Virus record (IMG/VR): IMGVR_UViG_3300033149_003715
Coordinates: 32,001-96,000 of that record
DNA length: 64,000 nt
Source: a virus
Strand: one strand, 5' to 3'
Made by a program: the position numbers and the translations under genes. Each line of letters opens with the position of its first letter. Positions within the stretch are counted from its first letter, which is position 1. Positions 39,998 through 49,240 of the stretch are shown here, piece by piece. The notes beneath the pieces are model-generated. The model did not search any database. It saw only the letters and a program-made list of their open reading frames with translations, and was not told the origin of the DNA.

Positions 39998-40489
39998 TTA
40001 TTCGATTTTACCAGTTTCCATATTAAAAATATGACCTTTGATACTACGAGATTTTGTTTTTGGCATATTTTTCTTAAATTCGTCAGCTAACTGAGATGCT
40101 GCTTCTGTCATTATAGTTATATTATTTTTTTTGTTTGGTTCGTCTTCATTGGGTTTTTTATGAGTCATTAAATCTTTCATAGTAGTTTTGGATTTATTCT
40201 TTGGTTTTGATGGAAGTTGTGATTTCAATTCTTTTATCACACGTTCCTTTTTTTCAATAGTTTTGTGGGCCTTAGCAAGATCTTTTTCTAGACCCTTAGC
40301 AATTTCGTCGTTGGTTAATGCTGATTTGACAATTCCTTTTACGGTTTTGTCTAATTCTGTATCTATATATTTTTGAATAGAAACTTCTGAACGACCAAGA
40401 ATATTACTAATTTCTTTGACCGTTTTTTTATGATAGCACATGCCTTGTATGGCAAATTTTTCTTGTAATGTTAATCTACCGCGTTTCAT
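39998..40489 (-). CDS. HTH domain protein
   Basis: LTLQEK...TVKEISNILGRSEVSIQKYI; GGAG SD. Confidence 0.7.
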   Translation of the reverse strand: MKRGRLTLQEKFAIQGMCYHKKTVKEISNILGRSEVSIQKYIDTELDKTVKGIVKSALTNDEIAKGLEKDLAKAHKTIEKKERVIKELKSQLPSKPKNKSKTTMKDLMTHKKPNEDEPNKKNNITIMTEAASQLADEFKKNMPKTKSRSIKGHIFNMETGKIE

Positions 40490-40506
40490 AATAATCTCCC
40501 ATTAAT

Positions 40507-40986
40507 TTATATTACTTCTCTATTAGCATTTTTTAACCATGCTGGATTACGTGTTTTGAGAAAGTTCAAATAGAACATGAATGTTTTATAACCTACTTCC
40601 ATGAATTTATATAAATCAACACCAGCACGCTGTTTTTTCGCATGTCTATTTTCATCATACATTCCAGTAGGATTATAAAAACCATCTCTGCCACATTTAA
40701 TAAAATATCTATATGTATTATGACTTTTTACTGATTTAGCATACGCATTATCCAATTGATCTGCATATGTATAATTTCCATCTGCATATTCTATATCGTA
40801 TAACAGTGGAAATCCGTCTTTGTTTGGTTGACCATGTTCGTTAACTAATTCATCTTCTTGACCTTTTATTGTAAAAACTAATGTCTGTTGTACTGGCAAT
40901 TCATTTAGTTGTGCTTGTTTATTTTCATTTGGTCGCCATATTGCTTTTTCCATTTCTTCTTGACGAATTCTATGATGTTGTACCAT
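40507..40986 (-). CDS. Hypothetical phage protein
   Basis: 159 aa, GAGGAG SD. Confidence 0.75.
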   Translation of the reverse strand: MVQHHRIRQEEMEKAIWRPNENKQAQLNELPVQQTLVFTIKGQEDELVNEHGQPNKDGFPLLYDIEYADGNYTYADQLDNAYAKSVKSHNTYRYFIKCGRDGFYNPTGMYDENRHAKKQRAGVDLYKFMEVGYKTFMFYLNFLKTRNPAWLKNANREVI

Positions 40987-41212
40987 GATTATACTCCTCT
41001 TTTATTATTTGTGAAATTTGTTTAATTAGTTTCTCTACTTCTTCTTTGCAATTCTGCAAGGAATTATTAGATAGGATATATGAATGACTAATCTTTTTAA
41101 TAGGTATCCCGGATACTTTGCCGTCTGGTAAAAGTTCCATAATTTCTGCTTTAAGCAAGATAACAGCTTTGTGTGGAATTTTTTTCTGATTTTTATTTTT
41201 GTTGGTGTCCAT
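40970..41212 (-). CDS. Hypothetical protein
   Basis: 80 aa; overlaps 41035..41442 in another frame. Confidence 0.55.
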   Translation of the reverse strand: MDTNKNKNQKKIPHKAVILLKAEIMELLPDGKVSGIPIKKISHSYILSNNSLQNCKEEVEKLIKQISQIIKEEYNHGTTS

Positions 41213-41442
41213 TTTTCTAATACTTCTTGAAGTAAGTTTCGATATTGACGTGGTATAATTGTAAAAATTTCGTCATCGCTTTCAAAGTGTATAAAATTTC
41301 CACGATCACTTAACGGTAAATCAGGTGGTATTGGTTCCTGATGTAAATAATCTTGTAACGTATATTCACTTGGACAATGCTCGTGAAGATTATCTTGAGA
41401 TATAACTATAGGATTATGTTTTTTTGTAGGAATGTTTATCAT
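41035..41442 (-). CDS. Hypothetical protein
   Basis: 135 aa; overlaps the FmdB-like gene end and 40970..41212. Confidence 0.5.
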   Translation of the reverse strand: MINIPTKKHNPIVISQDNLHEHCPSEYTLQDYLHQEPIPPDLPLSDRGNFIHFESDDEIFTIIPRQYRNLLQEVLEKWTPTKIKIRKKFHTKLLSCLKQKLWNFYQTAKYPGYLLKRLVIHISYLIIPCRIAKKK

Positions 41443-41779
41443 GTTCTTGTTTTCTCATCCTTGTCATACCTTTTGGTAATTCTGGTTTAGGTTGAAATTT
41501 ATACTCGTTATGTTTGTAGTTAAGATAGGCTTTTTCGTCATCACTTAACCGATCTCTATTGCGTTCTGCTAATTGCCCTAAAGTAATTTGATCATCACCT
41601 TTGATTACAGAATGTGTCATTCCCGCTAAATCATCAGATAAACTTCTTTTTACTGGTTGAACTTTATGGCATTGTGGACATTGTTGTGTTTCTGAATATT
41701 CACACATATACATGAATATTGTAAATTTATGACCACATCCATTATTTTCTTTGTCGCAATAGAAAGTGTATTCTGGCAT
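41414..41779 (-). CDS. FmdB-family Zn-ribbon protein
   Basis: MPEYTFYC...CGHKF...CPQC. Confidence 0.85.
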   Translation of the reverse strand: MPEYTFYCDKENNGCGHKFTIFMYMCEYSETQQCPQCHKVQPVKRSLSDDLAGMTHSVIKGDDQITLGQLAERNRDRLSDDEKAYLNYKHNEYKFQPKPELPKGMTRMRKQEHDKHSYKKT

Positions 41780-41811
41780 AGTGATTCCTATATATTACTA
41801 GGTTGATAAAC

Positions 41812-41845
41812 ATTATAATCTTAAATAGTTATTTTTGACAAAAAT
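41812..41845 (-). promoter_or_regulatory. Sigma70-type promoter (TTGTCA-18-TATAAT) with palindrome ATTTTTG-A-CAAAAAT over the -35
   Basis: -35 at 41836-41841, -10 at 41812-41817, palindrome at 41831-41845. Confidence 0.55.
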
Positions 41846-42012
41846 TTGGGCTTGCTAGGCGTGTAGATAGCCTCCAGAATCTTACCGTTAATATTCTATA
41901 CAGCGAAAATAAACACGCATTTCAAAATAGATATATTATCACTAGTAGCGGGTATGGGTCAAAAACAATGTTTTTTACGTAACTTTAGGATTGGTAAGGA
42001 GTTATATTTTTT

Positions 42013-45000
42013 TCATCTAATTTCACAGGCTTTACCAGAACATTCGGATGTAGCATCAAAATTGGTATTATCCTGTTCCTCAATCATTTTGGTATAATCT
42101 ACTGCTATTAATTTTTCTTGAATGTCACAATATAATTTCCAGTTGTGTACATCTTTTAGGCAATATGTTAATTTTTTATAATTACCATCAAAATATTTTT
42201 CGGCAAATTTTTTAGCTTTTTCAATAAATCTCATTTTATTAGAAGCAGTAAGAAGTTGAGCATGTTTAATACCATTACTAAATATACCATTGCTTAATTT
42301 AGTACCAAATTGACTATCTAATAAAGCATCACATGCTGCCCATAAATTATTATCAAAGGCGTGTAATCCTAATTCAATGAGTCCAGAACACCAAATAGCA
42401 GCATCTCCATATTCTCTAATTATTTCTCTTGAATTTAAAACAGAAGTAAATGGTGCTTGTGGAAAATCTTTGTCACAAGTGGTAGAAACAAGTGTTATTC
42501 CCGCAAGACTGTCTTTATGATCATAAATATATTTTGCTACATCATCCCATTCATGGGGTAACACTACAATCGTATTCGACACGTTATGGGTTAACCAGGG
42601 TTTTATACACAACAATGGATTTTTACCATATTCTACCCAATTTTCTTGTGTACTTTGAACAATTTTCAGCATTTCGATAGCTGGTAGTTGATTTTTAGTT
42701 TTTGCACCATCTGGTATTTCTATAGGAAAACGAATAACTTGATCTGTATCTGTTGCCGAATTTAAACTTGGTTCACATGCCTGTGGATTATGTTGTTTGA
42801 AAAACTGAAACGATGTTTCTAAATGATTAGCTTGTACTGTACGCAAAAATCTTTTAGAATGGTGTGGTGATATGCTAGATGAGGTACCCAAAAAACATCC
42901 AGAATTACCATCTGGCTTGATCAACGTTGTGCGAGCAGCAGCCCCAATATTAATTCTCTTGGAAATATCTTCATTTGTATCTCGTATAATATGAGCACCT
43001 TTTTGTTGTATTTGTGGGTTAAGTGTAATTTCAACGTTTTCCATCATACCAGTCATTGATACTCCAATTAAATATTCTTGTTCAATAATTTTTTGAGATA
43101 TTTTACCAAGATATCCAGCATCAGTAAAACCAGCTTGTAGTGTTCCTATAATTGCTGCTGCTTTACAACGATTATAAAAATCTTCTTCATTTCGCAAATT
43201 ACTACAATTAATAGTGCTTAAATTACATACTGCCCAACCGGAATACTGTCTATATCTTGGGTACATGCCTACTTCACCACATGGGTTGATAACCATTTCC
43301 GTTGAATCCGTCCACAAAAACCCTGGATCGCCAAATTCTTTCGTATATTGAATAATTTTTTCAAAATCTTTAAACGTTGTAGAATCTCTTAAAAGAACAA
43401 TTGAATTGTTTGCTCGTGCTCTTTGTGGATTTTCCTTATACCATTGACCAGTCTTACACTTTATCATTTCTTCGTCGTTGTGACTAAATAAACTTAAATA
43501 TGATGAGTTATGTGTAAGCACTCCATCAGCATAAAAACAATGATTTTTTTCTACCTCAAGATCGTATACATCTTTTATGATATTAGTTTCTTCAACTTTT
43601 TGCACTATGGCAGGAATGAAATTATTTATACCTAGTTTTTGTGCTTGTGTGTATGAAATGTAATTTTTATCACCCCAAATTTTACACTTGTCTTTACTTG
43701 TTGTAGCTAATGTGCGAGGAAATACCAATTCATCTTCTATTTTATTCCATTTATAGATAGTATAATACATTGAAGCTCTAACACAATACTTTTTAAGTAA
43801 TTTAGCAACTTTGTCATCAAACACAGGAGAAACTGTTCTAACTGTATATTTGGTAAGTTTATTTTCCTTATTTGGGTATTGTGTACTTAATTTTGTTGGA
43901 ATACCTAAAGATGAATATAAAATTTGAATATCCCGAGCAAAAGAATGATATCTTGTAGATACTAAACATAATTGTTTATGTTGTCTACTTGTTTGATGAT
44001 ATATTTGATCACTTGCATCTAATACTCCAGCCAAAAACATCAATTTAATCTTCGGTTTTGCCTCAAAAATACATTGTGGTACTACAATTGTTTGACTAGG
44101 TTGCTTAAAGTGAGTTAAAAAATATTCAGCGACTTGATATTGTTCATATTCCTGTATATGTTTCTTTGTATATATTGAATCATCAGTTAAAATATATCCA
44201 AATAGCCATAATGTGTCTTTATTGAGTTTTATTTTTGGTAACTTAAATTTTCGACCACGGCATACATCTTTATTTAAAATTAAGGTATGTTGTGGTTGTA
44301 GTTGAGATGTTGGTATCCACTGAATATCTCCATACATATTTTTTGCTACTGCCCACACATGTTCTTGCGTAGAATATAATTCCCCCAAATTAGTAGTAAT
44401 CTTAATAAGCTTCCTTTTTCCGTTGTACCATTTATTTGTTACTTTTCGGTATCCATTATTTGTTTTTACCAAATCCCCGATTTTAACATCTTGAATAAGT
44501 TTATATCCATATTTCGTATAAATTTTAGTATTTTTTGGTAAACATCGTCTTTGTCCACCACTTAACACCATATCTGAAATATAGCATATAATATCGTGAG
44601 CGTCGATTGGTTTTAGTTTTTTTTGGTTATTTGTTATACACCTGTCTAACAAATTTTGAATATTTTCCAAGGCTTTTTTTAATGGTGCTGGTCCGGGGGC
44701 TTTTCCAGTACCAGAACTTAAATACGATCCTTCTGGTCTAATGTGGGAAAAATCAAATTTAACATTACACATATAATAGTCTGGGAATACTGGATCTTCA
44801 AAATATGATGAAAGCAAAACCCCAACAGCATCTGCCCATCCCTCAATAGTATCTGGAATAATATATGTTTTTTCTTTAATTTTAGATTTATCTGCTATAT
44901 CTTGGGGGAGTTTAGCAAATTCTGGTAATTGTTTGATATGATGTTTTTGTATAGAAATACCACAACCAGCACCAACTAACAACATCCACGCAATTTCCTG

Positions 45001-45327
45001 AAAAACTCTTAATCTATCACAGTATGAAGCACTACAATTATAACAACGCATATTTTTCTTGAGCATTGATTGTCCGGCATGTTGTAAACATCTTTGACTA
45101 CCCAATACTCTTTTTTGTTTCATTAAACGATATGCCCATTTAATTTCTGTTTTTAATTTTGGATCTTGTTCAAAAAATGGAGCATATTTTACCAACATCA
45201 TATCAAGTACACGTGCTATTGCTTCCTCCCAAGTTTCACGACGTTTTTTGTCTGGTAACCAACGAGCATATTTAGATACAAAAGTGTATTTTTGCAATTC
45301 CTTTAAGGGTGTAAGAGGTTTGGTCAT
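42013..45327 (-). CDS. nrdJ: Class II (B12-dependent) ribonucleotide reductase, intein-containing
   Basis: KYAR...RRETWEE, YNCS, SGGQRR|S, RARANNS, NPCGE, CNLSTIN, HNVSNT, PQAPF and C-terminal CSGKAC. Confidence 0.93.
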   Translation of the reverse strand: MTKPLTPLKELQKYTFVSKYARWLPDKKRRETWEEAIARVLDMMLVKYAPFFEQDPKLKTEIKWAYRLMKQKRVLGSQRCLQHAGQSMLKKNMRCYNCSASYCDRLRVFQEIAWMLLVGAGCGISIQKHHIKQLPEFAKLPQDIADKSKIKEKTYIIPDTIEGWADAVGVLLSSYFEDPVFPDYYMCNVKFDFSHIRPEGSYLSSGTGKAPGPAPLKKALENIQNLLDRCITNNQKKLKPIDAHDIICYISDMVLSGGQRRCLPKNTKIYTKYGYKLIQDVKIGDLVKTNNGYRKVTNKWYNGKRKLIKITTNLGELYSTQEHVWAVAKNMYGDIQWIPTSQLQPQHTLILNKDVCRGRKFKLPKIKLNKDTLWLFGYILTDDSIYTKKHIQEYEQYQVAEYFLTHFKQPSQTIVVPQCIFEAKPKIKLMFLAGVLDASDQIYHQTSRQHKQLCLVSTRYHSFARDIQILYSSLGIPTKLSTQYPNKENKLTKYTVRTVSPVFDDKVAKLLKKYCVRASMYYTIYKWNKIEDELVFPRTLATTSKDKCKIWGDKNYISYTQAQKLGINNFIPAIVQKVEETNIIKDVYDLEVEKNHCFYADGVLTHNSSYLSLFSHNDEEMIKCKTGQWYKENPQRARANNSIVLLRDSTTFKDFEKIIQYTKEFGDPGFLWTDSTEMVINPCGEVGMYPRYRQYSGWAVCNLSTINCSNLRNEEDFYNRCKAAAIIGTLQAGFTDAGYLGKISQKIIEQEYLIGVSMTGMMENVEITLNPQIQQKGAHIIRDTNEDISKRINIGAAARTTLIKPDGNSGCFLGTSSSISPHHSKRFLRTVQANHLETSFQFFKQHNPQACEPSLNSATDTDQVIRFPIEIPDGAKTKNQLPAIEMLKIVQSTQENWVEYGKNPLLCIKPWLTHNVSNTIVVLPHEWDDVAKYIYDHKDSLAGITLVSTTCDKDFPQAPFTSVLNSREIIREYGDAAIWCSGLIELGLHAFDNNLWAACDALLDSQFGTKLSNGIFSNGIKHAQLLTASNKMRFIEKAKKFAEKYFDGNYKKLTYCLKDVHNWKLYCDIQEKLIAVDYTKMIEEQDNTNFDATSECSGKACEIR
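43507..44544 (-). mobile_element. Intein (346 aa) in NrdJ with degenerate LAGLIDADG domain
   Basis: GGQRR|CLPKN...TQEH...VYDLEV...LTHN|SSY. Confidence 0.92.
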
Positions 45328-45336
45328 TACGTTTTC

Positions 45337-45597
45337 CTATATATTTGATTCTTTTGAATAAATTTGATTAAGTATTTTTGTTGCTTGTTCTGCTGTAGGT
45401 AATTTATTTATATTAACAGATTTTTTCTTTCGTTTAGGCACTTGATGTTTAAACCAAAAAGACGCTAATTTTGCTGGTGAATTTGTTTTAATTGATTTTT
45501 GTTTATTGGTTGGATTGCCTTCGTGATCTTTAATCCATAATGTTAGTTCATACATGAAACTATTTTGAGGCTGTTGAAAATCAAATCTATTTAACAT
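45337..45597 (-). CDS. Hypothetical protein
   Basis: 86 aa, AAGGA SD. Confidence 0.7.
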   Translation of the reverse strand: MLNRFDFQQPQNSFMYELTLWIKDHEGNPTNKQKSIKTNSPAKLASFWFKHQVPKRKKKSVNINKLPTAEQATKILNQIYSKESNI

Positions 45598-45606
45598 AAT
45601 ATTTCC

Positions 45607-46116
45607 TTAGTTATATTTAATTTCTCTTATTGATATTCCTGTAACATATTTAAATACTTCTATTTTAGCTTGATATTTTTGATCTTCCATCATTTTTGAT
45701 TTTTGACCTGCATGAACTATATATCTAATACCTACTTGCCACATTAACAAAAGACAATTTAAACAAGGGTGACCAGTAACATATGCTGTACAATTTTGGG
45801 TAGATTTACCTTGTCTAGCACAACTATATACTGCATTTGCTTCTGCGTGGATCATCCAGTCGTATTTGTCTGGTCTTGTATTTGGCAAGAGTTTATCGTT
45901 AATCCGACGTGGTAATCCATTATAGCCAGTTGATATAATTTCATTATCTTTATTAACCAATACACATCCATGTTTAGTTTGTGTGTCATGGCTTCTTATA
46001 GCACATTTAAAGGCTATGTCAATAAAAAAATGATCCCATGATATTCGATCAACTGGAACATGGTTGTTTTGATATGATATAAGTAGATTTTCGGCTTGTG
46101 TAGATAATGTTGTCAT
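45607..46116 (-). CDS. dCMP deaminase
   Basis: STGYNG, HAEANA and HPCLNC. Confidence 0.92.
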   Translation of the reverse strand: MTTLSTQAENLLISYQNNHVPVDRISWDHFFIDIAFKCAIRSHDTQTKHGCVLVNKDNEIISTGYNGLPRRINDKLLPNTRPDKYDWMIHAEANAVYSCARQGKSTQNCTAYVTGHPCLNCLLLMWQVGIRYIVHAGQKSKMMEDQKYQAKIEVFKYVTGISIREIKYN

Positions 46117-46160
46117 ATAGAAAGGTTACAAATATGAGACTTGTTGATTTATTACAACAT

Positions 46161-46190
46161 TATAATACCATATTCAAGGCAAAAGTCAAG
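46161..46190 (-). promoter_or_regulatory. Sigma70-type promoter CTTGACTTTT-N10-TGGTATTATA upstream of dCMP deaminase/nrdJ
   Basis: Same two 10-nt boxes and spacing as 25377-25406. Confidence 0.8.
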
Positions 46191-46207
46191 TACTAATTAT
46201 TTTGAGA

Positions 46208-46882
46208 TCAATCATCCCATACGGGTGTAAATAGATAATTTAAGGCAGGAGAAAAAGCTAAATCACCGGGTTTTGTATAAGAATCTGCTAAATTTTTTAC
46301 AAGATCAAAATTGTGAACATTAAAACAATATGCAATTGATGTACTACATACCGGAGCTACTACATTGTATGATCTGTCGTCAGTAACTTTGTTTATATTA
46401 TAGAATAACCGTAATCCTGGAATATAATTTTGTATAAATCTTAATATTCGCTTTAAACCATATGGCAAACCTGTAAGTTGTCTCATAGTATCTGTAATTG
46501 ATTTATTTTTAAGATATAACATTCTTTTTGAAAAAAAATTATATTTAGGGTCATACGTGTATCTTGGAAAAGATGAAGATGGTCGATAAATATCAATAAG
46601 TCCAGAGTTATTTTTAACTTCTCTGTCGAAGTTTTTAATAATACCACCGGCACCAACATTAAATTCAATAAGTTCTAATATTGGTGATAAACTATTTGCT
46701 TCTATAGTTTTTATATTACCATTATGCCATGACAAAAGAGCAGCATGACTATATGGACTTCTAGTAAATTTTTGAACAATTTTAGCAAAAAGATTCTTAC
46801 TACGCCATAATGTTATATCAGCTTCCTCGATTAGGTGGCGAACTTGAGAATATGGTACAAATATACGATCTGAAGATTTCAT
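46208..46882 (-). CDS. Permuted papain-like NlpC/P60 (YiiX/YaeF-like) amidase/peptidase
   Basis: YSHAAL precedes GLPYG...VCSTSIAY...PGDL (His before Cys). Confidence 0.8.
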   Translation of the reverse strand: MKSSDRIFVPYSQVRHLIEEADITLWRSKNLFAKIVQKFTRSPYSHAALLSWHNGNIKTIEANSLSPILELIEFNVGAGGIIKNFDREVKNNSGLIDIYRPSSSFPRYTYDPKYNFFSKRMLYLKNKSITDTMRQLTGLPYGLKRILRFIQNYIPGLRLFYNINKVTDDRSYNVVAPVCSTSIAYCFNVHNFDLVKNLADSYTKPGDLAFSPALNYLFTPVWDD

Positions 46883-47286
46883 GGAGATGATGAGTTATAT
46901 TTATTCAAAATTGTCTCAAAAGTCTGTAATTTATTTTCAATATTTTGTTGAATATATTTCTGTTCTTTTAATTGTTGGCAAATTGCCTCCAAACGTTCTG
47001 AAAATGCTTTATCTCTTAATAATTGTACCTGTTTTTGAGTTTCAATATAATGTCGTAAATCTACTTCTAATATTTTAGTTTCTTGAGTTATATTTTCTAC
47101 TTTTTTAATAGCATCTGCCGAATTTGTTGCGGCTGCACTTGCTCGACTTTCCGAATATGTTACCAACCCTAAAAACAGTGTGCATATACCAATGACTACA
47201 GAAATAAATAATACACATACCCATTTAGGTAAATGTAATTTGTTTTTACATTCTTCAATAGTTACATATTTTGGTACTGGTGTCAT
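46879..47286 (-). CDS. Single-TM coiled-coil membrane protein (lysis-accessory-like)
   Basis: WVCVLFISVVIGICTLFLGLV TM segment followed by a coiled coil; AGGAG SD. Confidence 0.65.
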   Translation of the reverse strand: MTPVPKYVTIEECKNKLHLPKWVCVLFISVVIGICTLFLGLVTYSESRASAAATNSADAIKKVENITQETKILEVDLRHYIETQKQVQLLRDKAFSERLEAICQQLKEQKYIQQNIENKLQTFETILNKYNSSSP

Positions 47287-47310
47287 TCTATACTCCTGTT
47301 GGTTAAAATT

Positions 47311-47362
47311 AAAAAGCGTGGAGTTAAATGCACATTATAAAATAAGAAACAACTCCACGCTT
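47311..47362 (-). terminator. Putative intrinsic terminator after 47381..48013
   Basis: 12-bp perfect inverted repeat AAGCGTGGAGTT/AACTCCACGCTT (47314-47325 and 47351-47362), 25-nt loop, followed by a T-run on the - strand. Confidence 0.65.
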
Positions 47363-47380
47363 CATTGCGTTGAATAAGAG

Positions 47381-48013
47381 TTAGAATGAATATTTAGGTT
47401 TATATGCATCTTGGAATGGCATATTACCAGAACCAAAATGATATGCTAATTCACCTGGTACTTCACCACTTGGAATTGCAGCGTGATCTGCTAAGCCAAC
47501 GTTTGTGAATCGTGAATTTACAATATCGTAAACACCACTATTAACACTTTCTGGTTTATTTGCATCCCATGTGCCTGTAACTTGATTCCATTGATTAGCT
47601 CGTAGTGCAGTAGCAACTTGTGTATTACGTAGTGCTTCTACTTTATGAATTAATCTGCGATCTCCAAAATCAGCAGCACCAGAACGTAATGTGGTATCAG
47701 AAGTACCAGCAATATATTCTGTATTTGAACCACCACGCATCATAATATAGCGGTTTTCAGTCATGGTGGCAAAATTGCGACCACTAATGGCCATTTCACG
47801 AATATCTACCGTTTGTACAACGGTGCTTCCAAAAACATCGTTCATAGCATATGCTCTGGCCGCATTATCTAACAATGAAGTATCGCTACCAAGTCCTAAA
47901 GCAGCACCACCAGTTACACTTGGTTGATTAGAACTTGTAATTGCTGAACCGGCTGTGTCAAAATAGTCATTACCGCGACTGGGATTTACAATTAGATAAT
48001 TAAAATCTGACAT
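47381..48013 (-). CDS. Probable virion structural protein
   Basis: 210 aa rich in G/A/S/T/N, composition like the + arm structural genes; GAGG SD; own upstream motif and terminator. Confidence 0.5.
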   Translation of the reverse strand: MSDFNYLIVNPSRGNDYFDTAGSAITSSNQPSVTGGAALGLGSDTSLLDNAARAYAMNDVFGSTVVQTVDIREMAISGRNFATMTENRYIMMRGGSNTEYIAGTSDTTLRSGAADFGDRRLIHKVEALRNTQVATALRANQWNQVTGTWDANKPESVNSGVYDIVNSRFTNVGLADHAAIPSGEVPGELAYHFGSGNMPFQDAYKPKYSF

Positions 48014-48078
48014 ATTAAATTAACCTCATAAAAGCATTTTTTATATCCTACACGTCCTAAAAATAATTCCCATGTCTA

Positions 48079-48103
48079 ATATAGTATACACTAAATATTA
48101 TTT
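48079..48103 (-). promoter_or_regulatory. Putative phage (late) promoter motif AAATAATATTT-N-GTGTATA-N-TATA
   Basis: Near-identical intergenic motif at 56795-56821. Confidence 0.5.
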
Positions 48104-48126
48104 TCTCTTGATATTTTTTGTTAAAT

Positions 48127-48795
48127 TTAGTATTTTGCTCTGATTTGATATAAATCTTGATATCCTTCATCTCCTAAAACTGCGTCTGCGAATCCATACC
48201 GTACAGCTTCTCTAGCAGTCATGTACCAGTCCTCTTTTTTATCCATTTTGTCTTTAAGAAATTTTTTGATTTTATCTATATTCCAATTTTTAAAATATTG
48301 TCCTCCGCAACATTTTTCGGCATAAATATTTAGCATTTCTTGTGTGGATTTGTTATTCCATTCAATTTCTGTAGTAACTTGTTTATTAGTTCCTTGTGTG
48401 GAAATAAAACCTTCGTGAATCATAAATAAACAATTTTGGGTTAAAACTCTGTATGTTGCTGCTTGTGGAATTAAACTTGACATTGATCTTGCATGTGCAT
48501 ATGATAAAACCGTTGTGGGGGCTTCACTCATTTTTAATGCATCGTACATTGCCATTCCATATTCCCAAGAACCTCCACATGTCATCATATGAATCAAAAT
48601 ATCATCTTTACCAAAATTATTTAAAATTCTTAAATTCCTAATAAATAATGACGCAACATTAAAATCAATATCTTCTGTGTTATCTGATGGTCGCACAAAT
48701 ATGTCACGATTTTCAATGTCTATACCATAATAATGTATTTCTTCAATAGCTTGAGATTTTTGTGTTCTAGTTAACCTTTTCATTGTTGTGTTCAT
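48127..48795 (-). CDS. clpP: ClpP-like serine protease
   Basis: TCGGS, ARSMSS (Ser), FMIHE (His) and EDWYMTAREAVRYGFADAV (Asp). Confidence 0.9.
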   Translation of the reverse strand: MNTTMKRLTRTQKSQAIEEIHYYGIDIENRDIFVRPSDNTEDIDFNVASLFIRNLRILNNFGKDDILIHMMTCGGSWEYGMAMYDALKMSEAPTTVLSYAHARSMSSLIPQAATYRVLTQNCLFMIHEGFISTQGTNKQVTTEIEWNNKSTQEMLNIYAEKCCGGQYFKNWNIDKIKKFLKDKMDKKEDWYMTAREAVRYGFADAVLGDEGYQDLYQIRAKY

Positions 48796-49240
48796 TATTT
48801 TTTTTATTTGAAAGATATTTATTTACTGCGACTGCAATTGAATTCATTACATTTCGTGGCACAAACAATTTTCCAATACCAACCCTCATACGATATCTGG
48901 TATATATATCAAGAGTTTCTACTCCATCTATTTTATTAATGATGTGCAGTATATTATTATCTAGATCAAAATTACAGTGCCCAATCCAAAAATTAAACAA
49001 TTTACCAGGAGTAGTTTGTTCTGTTAATGGAACTACACCATTTGGAGTAGAAAGAAGGCTCACTTTAGGGTTTTGTTCGCTATTATTTGGTATATTATCA
49101 TTGTATGAACTATCATATTCATCGTCTTGATTAAAATTTTTTACTAATTCAGAGTATGGATCTTGCCATTTTTCCCATGCAATCATAAACTTCTGCTTAT
49201 TATATTCGATATTTTTGGTTTGCATTTTATGTAATATCAT
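48767..49240 (-). CDS. Hypothetical phage protein
   Basis: WEKWQDP...FNFWIGHCNF...GVETLDIYTRYRMRVGIGKLF. Confidence 0.75.
   Translation of the reverse strand: MILHKMQTKNIEYNKQKFMIAWEKWQDPYSELVKNFNQDDEYDSSYNDNIPNNSEQNPKVSLLSTPNGVVPLTEQTTPGKLFNFWIGHCNFDLDNNILHIINKIDGVETLDIYTRYRMRVGIGKLFVPRNVMNSIAVAVNKYLSNKKNNEHNNEKVN

Noticed and set aside
41780-42012. Cobalamin riboswitch controlling nrdJ
   Set aside because: The region is downstream of nrdJ, not upstream, and no B12-box consensus was recognised.
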